Made by a program: the position numbers and the translations under genes. Under the pieces are notes generated by a model. It was not told where the DNA came from. It made no database searches and saw nothing but the letters and a program-made list of their open reading frames with translations. This document shows positions 1 through 12,700 of a DNA stretch of 64,000 bases, piece after piece. The stretch's first letter is position 1, and each line of letters opens with the position of its first letter. The DNA comes from Balanoglossus misakiensis (taxonomy: Eukaryota; Animalia; Hemichordata): assembly GCA_040954595.2 (NCBI GenBank), contig CM082584.2, positions 8,757,146 to 8,821,145 on the forward strand. Direction: 5' to 3'.

Positions 1-298
1 GTAGTGCACCGTTTTATACAGTGTGACACAAACCATACAAATCATTATGCACTTTGACCCAGGGCGCCCAGAGACACCCCTGCTCAAGTACAACAGACTC
101 ATCTCTTGTTAAACTCCTTCATTTGGGAAAGGTGAAGTAGAAACATAGAAGTGCATTCGCCTACACTTTTTCTATTTCGGAACTACTTTCTAAAGGCATT
201 TGCATCTGAATGTTCTTTTTCTTTACTGTACATTCAGGATTCCTTTTTAAATGGTTTCCAACTTGAAACATTGGAGAATGAAGACAGAAACAGAGTAT

Positions 299-348
299 AC
301 ACACACACACAGGCACGCAAGCACGGCACACACACACACACACACACA
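299..348. repeat. Interrupted (CA)n microsatellite
   Basis: Read directly from the sequence. Confidence 0.9.
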
Positions 349-3300
349 ACAAAACAAGAAGACAAAAATTCCATCATGACCTCCATCTCATAAGACTCGA
401 ACAGACCTGTCAAAAATCCCACAAAAGAATTTCTACCAAATCAACTTGAAGCCTCTAGTCTTTCCAATAATCTGGTATTAGTAAACAGTTTTTGTTGCAC
501 GGACCTGCTTCTAAAATTACCTTGGTGCTAATCTAGAGAGGGTAGCCTTGCAGACGGATTATTTCAGTTTAATACCTGCCAATCAAACAGCAAGGTAAAA
601 AATTACCATATAAATTCATAACGCTCCCCCCGTCCTAGCCTTTTTACCGTTCTCACTCCAAAAGCCCTGGCAGATTTACTAACTTAATTTTGTGACCACA
701 ACCAATGACGTCAATGTGTGCTTGCTTTCAATAACACCGACAATCGCTCTCTTTTTTTCCCCCACTCCTGTGTGAGGAAATTTCTTTAAGTGTGTGCATT
801 CTACATTTTCTGTCTTCCTTTTACCCTCTGAAAGACGGATTCCAAATCGGCCATAGAACATCGCCTTCTGAAAAGCGCTGTAGAGACGTCAGAATGAATG
901 CTGCTATGAGCTCAAAGGAGACACGAACAATCTGGTTTCCTTGGGGCTTCAAAACACAATTCTCTCAACCCGAGGAAACTTCCTGTCTATTCTGAACTTC
1001 TCCATACAAACAAGATCAGAGTCAACATTTAGTAATTTCTTTAGATGTTATCTTCATCTGCAGGGTAAGGTTTCTCACAGTTCTGTTTCACAGCAGAGAC
1101 AACAATCTTGAGGGGATACTGGTTGCTTGTATGTTGAACAGGTCAGTCTGTCATAGCCTGGTCTCTACTTGACCAGGTCAGTTGCCAAGAGCACACATCA
1201 AGGGACTGAAAACATCTCAACTCCAGAGCTGTGCCAATCCATTGGAGACCTACACCAACAATTTATACACAGTGAAGGTGCCATGGTCCTTCTTTCACGG
1301 TCTGAATGACCATACACTTTTCACATTGTGCCAAAATCGACGAAGGTGTCTCAATAGAAAACATCTTCGCAGTTCGCTCTGCAGAAACTCATACAATCAA
1401 CAATGAATTTCTTTTCTCACACTTATTCCTGTAGCAATCAAGCAAAACCCAGCTCGACAAGACTCAACTTTGAAATGCAGCGCGCCGGTCTCCAGAGAGA
1501 GCCAGGCTGAGAAAAAGCGAAGCAATCATTTCACTGGTACTCTGAGGTTAACGTACTGTGACCCCTGGCCCAGCGTGCCAACACAAGAAATCTAGATAAT
1601 GTTACACGGGTGCCCTGTAGCATAATAAAACATTACATTCAAAAACTCTAAAATGCGGCACCCCGACTTCTCCAATCAATTACCATACTGAACCCAAGTT
1701 ACAAATTTGACTGACTACTTGAATCAGTGAGATTTAGGCGATGAGGATGTACAGTAGACGAAACATTTCCAAGACTGAAGACCAAATAACTGTAAATCCT
1801 TCTATATACGGCTCCCTTGCTCTTTATGTATGTATGTGTGTGTCTATATACATGCATCATTTATGTGTATGTGTGTGTCTATACATGTATCATATGTGCA
1901 TGTATCTATAGACTCACATACACACAATTTTTTACCAGAATGTCACCATCCAATCTCCCTGTAACTGATTAATCCTTCAACAAATAAATAACAACACTTA
2001 GAAGAACATTAGTGTCATGTCAAATACAAAGTTACACGAGGCGTATAAAAAAACAAAATTTATTACATCCGTGCTACAGTTCATGAGTTTAACACTGGCC
2101 TGAAGATAAAAAATAAAATATATCAGAAAGGTGTGTTTAGAATGTGTCAGGGTACAGCGCTAACGACTTGATTTGACACTGACGCTGCCACTGAACCATG
2201 TCTGATTTTCTTCTTTCAACAAAAATATCCCAAGTTAAAGGGGATGATATTTACAGCCTTCGCGGGGTTATGGAATCCTAGCAGAGACCTTGATCTGCTT
2301 ATCAGTTACACCATGCCCCCAAATCATCTAGTGTACCAAACATTTCTTTTCTGCGCTTGTATTTCACAAACCTTGCAATAAATTAGCGGCATTTATCATG
2401 CAGATCAAATTGATGTTATTTATAGTAAAAGTTATCACTTCGTGACAAACATATATATGCATGTACATGTTATGAACTGCAGTCTACTTTTGAATGAACC
2501 GACACTGAATAAAACGGCCCTGAAGTTGAACCTACGCAGACACACACCTCTATTGCTGAAGACAAAGCAGGAACGAAAACAAACCCTCCCCATAAACCAC
2601 AAGCATTTCTGATACGGCCAATAAAATGAGAAAGGACCCAAGGCCTCACAAACAATGCAGCCATCTTGTTTGTGACTTGTTTTTTTCCAAGGACAGGCAT
2701 TGCCCTGTCCATCCATCCATCCATCCAGACACAATCCATGTCCTAGCTGTATAACTATAAAACTCGCCAAACATTTCTCCTCCGTGGAATTCAAAATACC
2801 TTCAGGCAGAGAGATCCCAGAAAGCGACAAATGGCCACACTGTGACTTTCTTCACCTGCTACAACTAGATGTTCCTCGAATCAACCATGAGGAATTTTTA
2901 CAATGTTGAAACCACAACAGAAATTTGCCCTTAATTATGTAGACACAGAAACATTGACTGTTTACCAATTGTATATTTTGACTACCAAACACCAGTGGGG
3001 CAACGCAGGAATGGTGGAATGAGTGGGAGTTTCAGTTCTTGCCTCAACAGAGCATTTACCCAATACATCCTTTTGCTAACAAACTCGGTCAGGCTCAGTT
3101 GTTTAATGTCAGGGTTGACGCGCATAGGCAAAACATGGACGACAGAATCGGAGAGCTTTGATCTAGTCACTGACGTGGCATTTGTTTCCCTGGAGAGTGG
3201 TGTGGCCTCCACCAACATTGTACCTCAACAAAAAACTCAGAATTGGTGAGCGGCGATGTTTATACAGGTAGGAGCCATTCTGAAGAGGGTCAGTGAGACT

Positions 3301-4116
3301 GCAAGTCTGCCCAACTGACAACCAAGGCACTGGACTCTAATGCCCAGGATGAAGTATACAGACTGTGTGGCCAGACCTCACCATTGTTTATAGCCCCGAT
3401 AATCCAGTGGCTGGCCCAATCTATTGCTGTTTGGGGTATCATGACTCTAATCCTTATCACTCAATCTTAATCCTATTGTCTGCTTAAACTGGTGGTATTT
3501 TGTTGTAATTGGGCTGAACTCTGTGTCTCTCTCCCTGTCTGGCTATACAGTCTCTCATTCTTTCTTCGTCTCTAATCAGTTTACCTGTCATTGTCAAAAG
3601 TCTTTGTCTCTCCAAGTTGGCTCTATCTCTTGTATTCAATATGTCCAGTTGTCTTGCAAGTTGGGGCCTGTACTCAAAACTATGTCTCCCTCCTGTCTGC
3701 CTCCATCTGTCTATCTGTCCGTCTCAGTGTCTGCATCACAGTCTCTCTCAGGCCGCCTTTAATGTGTTTAATATGTCCCTGTGAATCTTGATATGTCTCT
3801 GTGTCTCTCTATCTGCCTGTCTGTCTGTCTATGCCTCAATCTATTTGTAAACATATCTGACTCTGTCAGTGGTCACAACATGTTTCTATCTGTCTATCTC
3901 AGTCTGACTGTCCATCATGGTTTAGCGGCAATCTGTCCAAGCTATCCAGTCCCATACATTCTAAGTACATGTATGCTTATCAATTTGTTTATATATTTTC
4001 TTGAGCTGTCTGTCAAGCTAATACTATCTCCATCTGCAGTCTTACAAGCCAATACTATCTCTGGATGTGAGTCTATCTAGTCTAGTATGATCTCTGTCCC
4101 TTTCAATCTACCCATG

Positions 4117-4160
<44 letters not shown>
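4117..4160. repeat. (TGTC)11 microsatellite ending a roughly 650-bp degenerate TCTG/TCTA-rich tract (about 3520-4170)
   Basis: Read directly from the sequence. Confidence 0.95.
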
Positions 4161-6505
4161 ACTCTCTCTCCCCTTTTTAGTCAAAGATTTTCTTTAATTC
4201 CTATTCCAGTGACAAAATATTTGTTTACAACTCCTTTCATACTCCATGGCAAATGTCCTTCCTCTAAACTCTTTGACGGTCCATATAAAAACCAGCTTTA
4301 CTGCTGCGGCACTTAAACTATACAGCCCATCTTGTCTACAATACTATACCCTTGGTTCTGACGGCACTGTGGATCTATCATTCAGAAACAAAACTATTTC
4401 CCTTTACACAAGGCTTGTTTTTATTGCAGGTACATTTATTACTGGGGAATTACGACTTCAGGCAGTGTGTCTTGAGATATTTGATAACCTGATAACAGAA
4501 GGCGTTTTTACGTGAGCGCCGGCAATACAGAAACTTGGTTCAGCGTACTGGTCTATACCAAGTTTTGATGTTGGCTGGATGTTTTATTTCTGACAGGGTC
4601 AATTATCTAAATTTGTGACCATAAATAAAGTCTAGTAACTGTTGAAAAACATGTCCATAGAGTGACCTTGGTGGCCTTAGTAGGTATAGGGACATGAAAT
4701 AAACAGGAATGTTTTAATAGCCCCTTGAGAACAGTTGCTGGCAACCTTTGTAATCTGAGGATAGTTTTAGGGTCATGATGTCTGTGCCATCACATCAAGT
4801 TTGGTCAAACACCTCTCTCTCTCTGTCTGCTAATATATTGAAAAAGACAGTGTGATGCAACTAGGTTGTGTACAAATGGAGATAATCCAAGACAATGGCA
4901 GGGTGGTTCACCCAGTTTTGGAGATGAGATTCAACCTGGATTGTTATGTAATTTGGTTAAATAAACCCTCTGGCCACAGAAAATAGTATAGTCCCACAGG
5001 GGTGAATGAACCCCCTCCCCAAAGAATGACTTAACCCCGTGGTCTTCAGGAGTAAGGATGTAAGGGTGAAAAGATTTCAACCCTGTGAGCATTTAACATT
5101 CTGTCCATCTTACCACACAACATCCATCTTCCAGGGTTGAATCTTGGAAGAATTGTTTAAAGTTCATACCGGTAATTTATATTTGACACAGATTTTTTTG
5201 CCCCCTTTGCAATAATCATTCCCAGTGAAAAAACACTGTCAACACACTGAAGTGACTCTCACTTCAGGCGAACACAGAAAGTTGAGAGTTATCTTTTGGG
5301 TGTACATTTACAAGTGCCATGTCGGGGCATACAGGTAATACATCTTACTTGCGCAGCTATGATTTCACTGTCGTCATCGCTCTCTCTGAAAGGCCCTGCC
5401 ATTAAAGGAAACCCTCCCCCAAGTATTGTTGCACGGCGAAAAGCCATTAGTAGAATACAATGCTCGTGTAATAATACATTGTGGCTTGCTATACGGAGTG
5501 GTTGCCACTTTAGGGCCTGAACCATGTTGCACTGTAACAGATCAAACCGTGAGCAGGCTGCTTAAATGGCGACACAACTATTAAATACCTAATGAAACAC
5601 AAATTTCCCATTTAGCCGTTTTGTGCTGTCGAGAAATATCTCCACCCAAACACTTCAGAGCGACACGGCATCCTGGTATTGTCGTGTACGGGTTAATGCT
5701 CAACAGCAGCCAGGACACAAAAGGTACAAGCGGGGAGAGAGAAGGGGAGGCTTGATTCTGTCCTGTTACATACATGCGTATGCCATTAGCGATTGTATAG
5801 GACACCTACCATTTTAACTGGTCTGCTGAAGAGGCGTGTTAAGTTTATGCACGTAATGAGGCCGATGTCTCGAGAAAGTCGGATAAGTTGCAGAGAAATA
5901 GGCGACTGGCTGAGGTGAATTTTTTTGTCCTGGCTTGACCTTGGGGATGATCATTTGGAAGAAGTCGGGGCAACGGTAAAGCTCAAGAACGATCCATTGG
6001 CAACATTTATGCCATTTCTGTAGTTGTCCATCAGTATTAAATCTGCAAAATCAATCTGTGTTCCATACAGTGCAGCATACTCAAATCCACAGCTACTGTA
6101 TTCTTCCAACCTACCTTTCTGTATGATCAAACACAGCCAGGATCTGAACCCAATTCTCTCGCAGATCTGTAACCAGGTCATGGCCAACAAAACATGCATT
6201 GGACTTTACGCCAGCAAAACAACATGCTTTATAGAAAACATTTGCGTGACCCGGCCGATGTTTGCCTGGGATCACGCACAAAGTATTCAAAACTCCTGCT
6301 GTCTGATACATGGCTCACTCAGAGTGTGAATGTACAGTGGTGCGTGTGTACATGGTCATGAATGTGTAACACAACAGAGAAGTGCAATACTGGAAGGGAT
6401 AAAGATATGCGTGTTTGCACACACATTAGTGTAGCAGCACACATACTCCATTTACAGTCTGCCAGTCTGTCTCTGCTGCTATATTGATATCCAGTGCTAA
6501 ATTAC

Positions 6506-6790
6506 CTTGGATGATGACCAGTCTTGCACTTGATTCCACCGGTTCTCCGATCCCGTTCGACGCCTGGCAGGTGAACGTGGCATCGTCCCTGGGAATTCTC
6601 AGCGGCACTATCCGGAGGAGGGAGCCGTCCCGGATGGGGAAGGTGGAGTACCTCTGGCTCGTGGCGTCTTTCCCGTTCTTCAACCACGTGATGTCGGGTT
6701 TGGGTTCGCCCGTCACTTCGCAGATGAAGCTGATCACACCGCCTGCTACACCCACCTGGCTTACAAGCCCTCTTGTAATAACTGGGGCTT
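6506..6790 (-). CDS. Lar: LAR-family receptor protein tyrosine phosphatase (PTPRF/PTPRD/PTPRS-like), Ig-like domain 1 exon
   Basis: 285-nt phase1/phase1 exon with acceptor ttatatttttcag| and donor CAAG|gtaatt. Translation (E)APVITRGLVSQVGVAGGVISFICEVTGEPKPDITWLKNGKDATSQRYSTFPIRDGSLLRIVPLRIPRDDATFTCQASNGIGEPVESSARLVIIQ aligns by eye to LAR Ig1 ([20 protein letters not shown]...SQRF...GSVLRIQPLR..RD...YEC.A.N). Confidence 0.93.
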
Positions 6791-9700
6791 CTGAAAAATA
6801 TAATTAAAAAGACATAAAATGAGAAATTCCCATCTTCCAGTGCCTTCCTCTCTTTTGAAACGGTACCAAGTTTTCACTTCACTTGATCCAACACACGCCA
6901 CAAACACACTTCTCCTCAGAGCGTACATACAGTAGCCATTTCTTTCCCAAGGATAGTTCCCAGCTGCGATCAAACTCGATATCATTCCTCGTATTCACAC
7001 AGCAGTTTTCAACATTTGCCTTCTTTTATTACTCAAACAACACAGCTACTTTTGATTTCACTGAAATATCTCGGCCCAGCAGGAAGGCCAACAACCTTTG
7101 GATCATACAAGATTCTTACCGAACACAAATCCCCTGAGATACTCTGAGTCTCTGAGGTATATCACACTTCCTGTCTTGTTTTATCTGTCTACATCACAAT
7201 CCTGGCCTTAGCATTATCTGTTATACTTGAGCCGCAATTTACATTATCTGTTTAGGTTCTTAATTAATCTACCTAAGAAATTAGAATGTAATATCTCTCC
7301 CCACCAACATCTACATTTCACATGTTCACTGAAACTATCCTGGGCTACTCCCTGTTAGTAGTCATTGCACCTGCTACTACAGACACTACTGTTCCAGTGA
7401 TTCTATTGCCTGTCATGATGAACAAACAAAGGGAAGATTTGGAGAGCAGGACTGACTGTCGCACCCAAGTCACTTTCAACGCTAATCACAACCCATCTGA
7501 TTATCCATGCAACCGTCATCATCCATCCACCCCTGCCAGTTTACACAGATAAGCTGACAGTCCCCCTAAGGAACAAAACTACCGGAATTATCTAGAATTG
7601 ATCTTCTGGGGAGCGAACAATGGGAAGAATTGGATCGTGGTCACGCACTGCGCCCAAACGCTCCCTTCTCCTTGCGTCCTGCTCCGGTAAACACAGAGGC
7701 AGGCACTGTTTCTGAGCAGCCGAGTGTTGCAAATGCCCTGTGGCATTCATGTGCTAGTTCACAATGATATGCAAGCTGCCGGGGCCCATAATCCCCCCTT
7801 CATCTCTGATGAACAAACCTAACTATGACATCTCGCCCGTGTTTAAGCAGTTCATACACGCAGACTATTTTTATCGGGTCACCTCATCTGCTGTCAATTA
7901 CCTATCAGCTCAGATGATTCAAAAGCGGCCTTGCACGATTCCTGAAGGCTACTTTTTTTCTCTCTCGCTCCGATAAGAAGACATCCCGGTTATCAGCACA
8001 CAAGACACTATTCTCTCTGGTGATAACTTTATTATGTGCTTTTTTCAGATGGTGTGATGGGAGCCGTTTCTCTCCCTCACAAACTCATTACAAGACTTTT
8101 TTTCACCACCCGAACAAACGTGCAGTGAAATTATTTTCCATCAGCAACAGTCAAAGGCATAATTTGCTTCTGAAAGCCATTTCCCTTTCTCTCCGAAGCA
8201 GAGCCTCTTTTTATTGCCGTTTCAACTTTTCAGGCAAATGATGAAAATTCCCATTACAAATAAAAAGCCAGTTATGGTACGGCTGAAAGGCCTGGAAAAA
8301 TACTTCCATTTAATTACACCTTCAGGCAATTTCCTAATGCATCAGATATTATAGAAACATGTAATTTCACCGCAACAAATGATTTATGTTCATTACAGAA
8401 TATATTTCGGTGAATTTTCTTAATGGCATCGAATTTCTGTTTACCACTCAGCGAGGTTTAACATGAATACCGCTTCTCCTGAGAATCCTAAGTATTTTTT
8501 CCCCTTGAACAAACTTTCAAAGTCAATATTTGGTTTACCTCAACTATCCTGTGTTTTCTTGGCTTCAAGAATCCAGAAATATACACAGCCAGAGAAAATA
8601 TAGCATAGATTCTCGGTCATAAAGACCCCAATCGTCACACTGACGCATTTGATTATACGACAAGCATAACTAAAGCTAGATTCTCACCCAATCATAAACT
8701 ACACGTATTGATGTATACCATTCCTAGTTTTCATACTTTGGACGACAATGTCTTTTCTTGACTGACAAATTGACGTGCTCAGGGTTTGGAATTCATATGT
8801 TTTGCATGTGACACCAAAATGTAGGGTAATTGTGAGAATGCACTATCTGAGCATTACAGCAAGGTTGAAGGTTACATAAATTGTGGAGTCTCTGCAATAA
8901 CAGAATGGCCAACATCTGCAGGGCATGCCTCTAATTATTAGTTTCTTTGAATGAATTTACAGTTTTTGCAGACCATGGGCGAACTAACCACAAAGAAAAA
9001 CTGGGGCACAATTTCTCATGCATTTCTTATTTTTCAATAACAAGGTGGGCAAAGAGGCAGAGCCTATGAATATTTTAGTCCAATTCTGAACCCAGAAAAA
9101 CATGTCTAACCCTGGGAACGAGGTAAGAGAAAAATCACCCTTCCCATCATCCTTTGCTTAGAATGATATAATCGCAATCTGAGTTCGAACAACCCTATCA
9201 TTTGTCTGAAGTTTGATCAGCACAGCTAGCAAAATTTACGATTTTTTTCCCTACATACTCTATATTCAACTCCAAAACTGCTGTCTCGATAAATTCAACG
9301 CGTTTTCTATCATCTTGTTTTAAAGATTAGAACACTTGCCCAGGGCTGTTTTTGATCCTTCTTGACTGGCTGTCATTGAAATTATTTCAGCGTTGCGAGT
9401 AAAAATTGGCTAATTTACCTGTCTCATTGAATTAAGGGGTTAGCGACTACAGACATATCATTCTCCCGGCGTACAATTCAGCCTTGATGCCCCGAGTGGA
9501 ATTACATTTCATGGTGAAATATACGCAGGGCCCAGCCTCGGCTGAGACATTTGCGGAAAAATTAGGATGTACGAGTCTGCCCTGCAGGCGAGCGTTCGTG
9601 ATGCGTTTTTTATGCATAATTATACACGGGAGAATCCATGAATCACTTGCGAAAAAAGCAAAGTAAAGTACTGACTGCCACAGATGCCAACTCCAGGGTC

Positions 9701-12700
9701 AGATGGCAATACTGTAAATCATCAATGCAGCATTTCAAAACACACACACGCCAAAACTGATAGTGATACGCGCACCGAAAAACGGCTGAATCAACCCAGC
9801 CGATTTATCACTCGGTCCTGGGCGAATTTCCGACTTGTGAGGCACAACAGGGCAGACATCGCGAGAAGCCATAAAAAACACTGAGAGGGCAATTTGATTA
9901 TAATAGGGGATGGAATGAGATGTCAGATGCCGGCCTGAAAGTAATTACCGCATACTTCCAGGGTGGAGTAATGCCGATCCTGCCAGTGTCAGCATATTTT
10001 AATTCCACGAGACGGGGCCCTTTCTGATATGAAAGCCCTACCCCCATCACCGCCGTGGTGTCATTTTCTCGTTTCTCTGATCTATTTAACAATTTGTTGT
10101 TTAGCATGGACTGGCTAATCACCCTGGCTCGTAATAGCTCTGCCATTTAAGTGGTGCGTAGTTCAAAAGCACCCCTGCTGTGTTGAGATGCAATCTTCGA
10201 TCGGGGCTGTGTGGATAGTGTGAGCCTCGCATCCATCACATCTTTCCATTTTACATGCGAGTTCAGGCTTCTGCTTAACCTTTGGGTGCCCTGGTGACAA
10301 ATCTCCCAAACTCCATCGCGATTGAGGAATATAGATGAACAGAATTTTGACGGCAAATGGCACTTCACAAATCCTATGCACTATAAATTAATCCACCACG
10401 GGAGAGGCAAAAATGTCAAAATAATTTTGCTAGCTGACCGGGGAGTCTGAACTTTATAAATATTGCGGCACTGCTTTCAAGGAAATCTGTTAGACAATGT
10501 CCCTAACAATGGGGGTACCACTTTAGGTGCAGAAGGCAAAACTTACCAATTCCAATTCCTAGCATGTATGCATCTCTTCCCACAGAGCAAGGAGATGAAC
10601 AATTCAATCTTAATTTTTATTTACTGTACCTCCGTTTTATTTAAAGACCCTCTTCACTCCTAAATTCTTTGTTCTCTTGATACAACCGGACCTACATGCG
10701 CGAAGACACTAATTGGGCTGAGGATTTATAGACGGTACAATTACCTTGAAATCTTGGTGAACTTGCCTTTGTTCTCACACCCTACATGCTTGAATGCAAC
10801 ACGCCCCAGATTCACGGACAACATGAAAAGTTTTGCCTGTGATGGATTGAACTGTCCCCCATGGGCTCCAATTGAGGTAAATAGTCATTTTCAGTCTATT
10901 AAACCTTTTGGTCGTTTGGCTAAAGATGACACCACACCACCTGGGGCTGGTGCCCACTTTGTAGAATTGTGTTCGGTTCTTTTAACTAGCACAAGTTGTT
11001 TTTGAATTTATACTGTGAAGCTTGACAATATATATTGCTTTTGGTGCTGTGTGCAAAAACAATTTACATGCAGAATGGGGTTCTGCTGTATGAATATATG
11101 ACTGTGGTTTTACATTGTATTATTACTGAGGCTGGTAAGCCAGTACCAGCGTTAGTAAGCCAGTACATGTACACAGGATTTTCCGTGCCCTGTTCTCTTT
11201 CATATTCCATCCATCTATGAACTTACAGAAACGGACGAGGAAACAAACATAGAGTACACGTTTTACTGCTAAAAATGGTGGATTTGCAGCTAACCGATCA
11301 AAACAAATGAATTCAATGAATTCACAAATGCAGTACACGCAAAGCTGTCGGCTTCAATCAAGCCGCCATCATCATCAAAAGTAGAATTGATGATTTTTGA
11401 AGTTCGATTCTATTCCACTCGAACCCTTGGGGGAAATACACACTTCTCTTCCAGACTGGACGCGGGGACTAATGGGATCGCCGAGTGGAGTATCTCCATT
11501 TTCCGGCTTCTCAATTTCAACCTTTTTCTGTTTTCTTTTTCTCAAAGCGATTCCTCTCTTTACCAAAGATCAACACGGTAATTCACTCCCGCAGAAATAA
11601 TTGCCCTGGCAAAGAGTCAAGAATAATTAATCAAACGGTTTTCCAATGAAGCTATGAATTCCGCACATTTTAGAGACAGCAGAAATCAATAACATTGGGA
11701 CCAGTGTCAATGCAGTAATGTGAATATTTGAACTTCTACTATTTAATTATTAAAATGGCCTGATCTAATATTAGAGATAACTGTCGGTTAAATTTTAACC
11801 AGCTCCAAATCAAAGATCAATTTTTCGAAATTAAAAGTAAAAATTCTGTTCAATTTTTGCTTCCCCATGTTTTTTTTTATTATTTTGTTTACTTTGGAGA
11901 AGTGCCAATGCTTTATACATACCCTGAAAGGTTTGACCTAAATTCTTGCAACCCAGAATGCCCACAAAAGAGGCCAAGAAAGCATCTTTTTCAGTCAAAC
12001 CAGCAAATCTCCGACTAAATCCCCCATTGACTTGAAAACACTGCTTTTGAAACGCTGCTGTTTATACCCCGGGAGACGCAACACAAAGAGTCACGACCGA
12101 TCATCTTCTATTCATCGGAACACTTGGCCTCATCTGTATTCTTCTCAATTTTTCCGAAATTCTTTGTCAATTACCGTTGTGTGTTTAGAAATCCCTTCCC
12201 AATCTCAACACAAACTACAATCCCCCAGTTCATGCATCAAAGTAGTTTTTTATCAGGGCGTAATTGAATAAAAGAACAGCTCTGCCTCTAAAATAGATCA
12301 CACAACAAGAAAAGCTGCAAGAAGATGAAGTCAGCATGACTTACTTATAGAACTACAGAAAGAGATCACAGGCATTCGGAAAGTAAGAAAGTTCTCTTTT
12401 TGATTAAAAAAATGGAGAATACATGTAAATGTTTTCCTTGCAGCGCAGGAAAAACAGAATCGGTATCTTTGATGCAAATTTGTTTCCTGCAAGGTCTTCA
12501 TAAATTTTCTCATTATTTTAAGATTTCATCATTAAAATCAGTACATGTACGCACTGCAGGAGATCGCTGCACTCGTTGGTTTCACCAAAGGACGGCAAAA
12601 CCTCAGAAAAGGGCGGCCGGGCACAGAGGCAGTGGGGTTTGCTTGGTCGAGTTTTGGCAAAGTTCCAGAAGTACAAACGTTCTGCTGGTTCTTCCATGCC

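Noticed and set aside
3523-4316. Ser/Val/Cys/Leu-rich ORFs
   Set aside because: They arise from the degenerate TCTG simple-repeat tract.
4876-4892. 17-bp match atggagataatccaaga, inverted at 57704-57720
   Set aside because: Too short to define an element; probably a fragment of a dispersed repeat.
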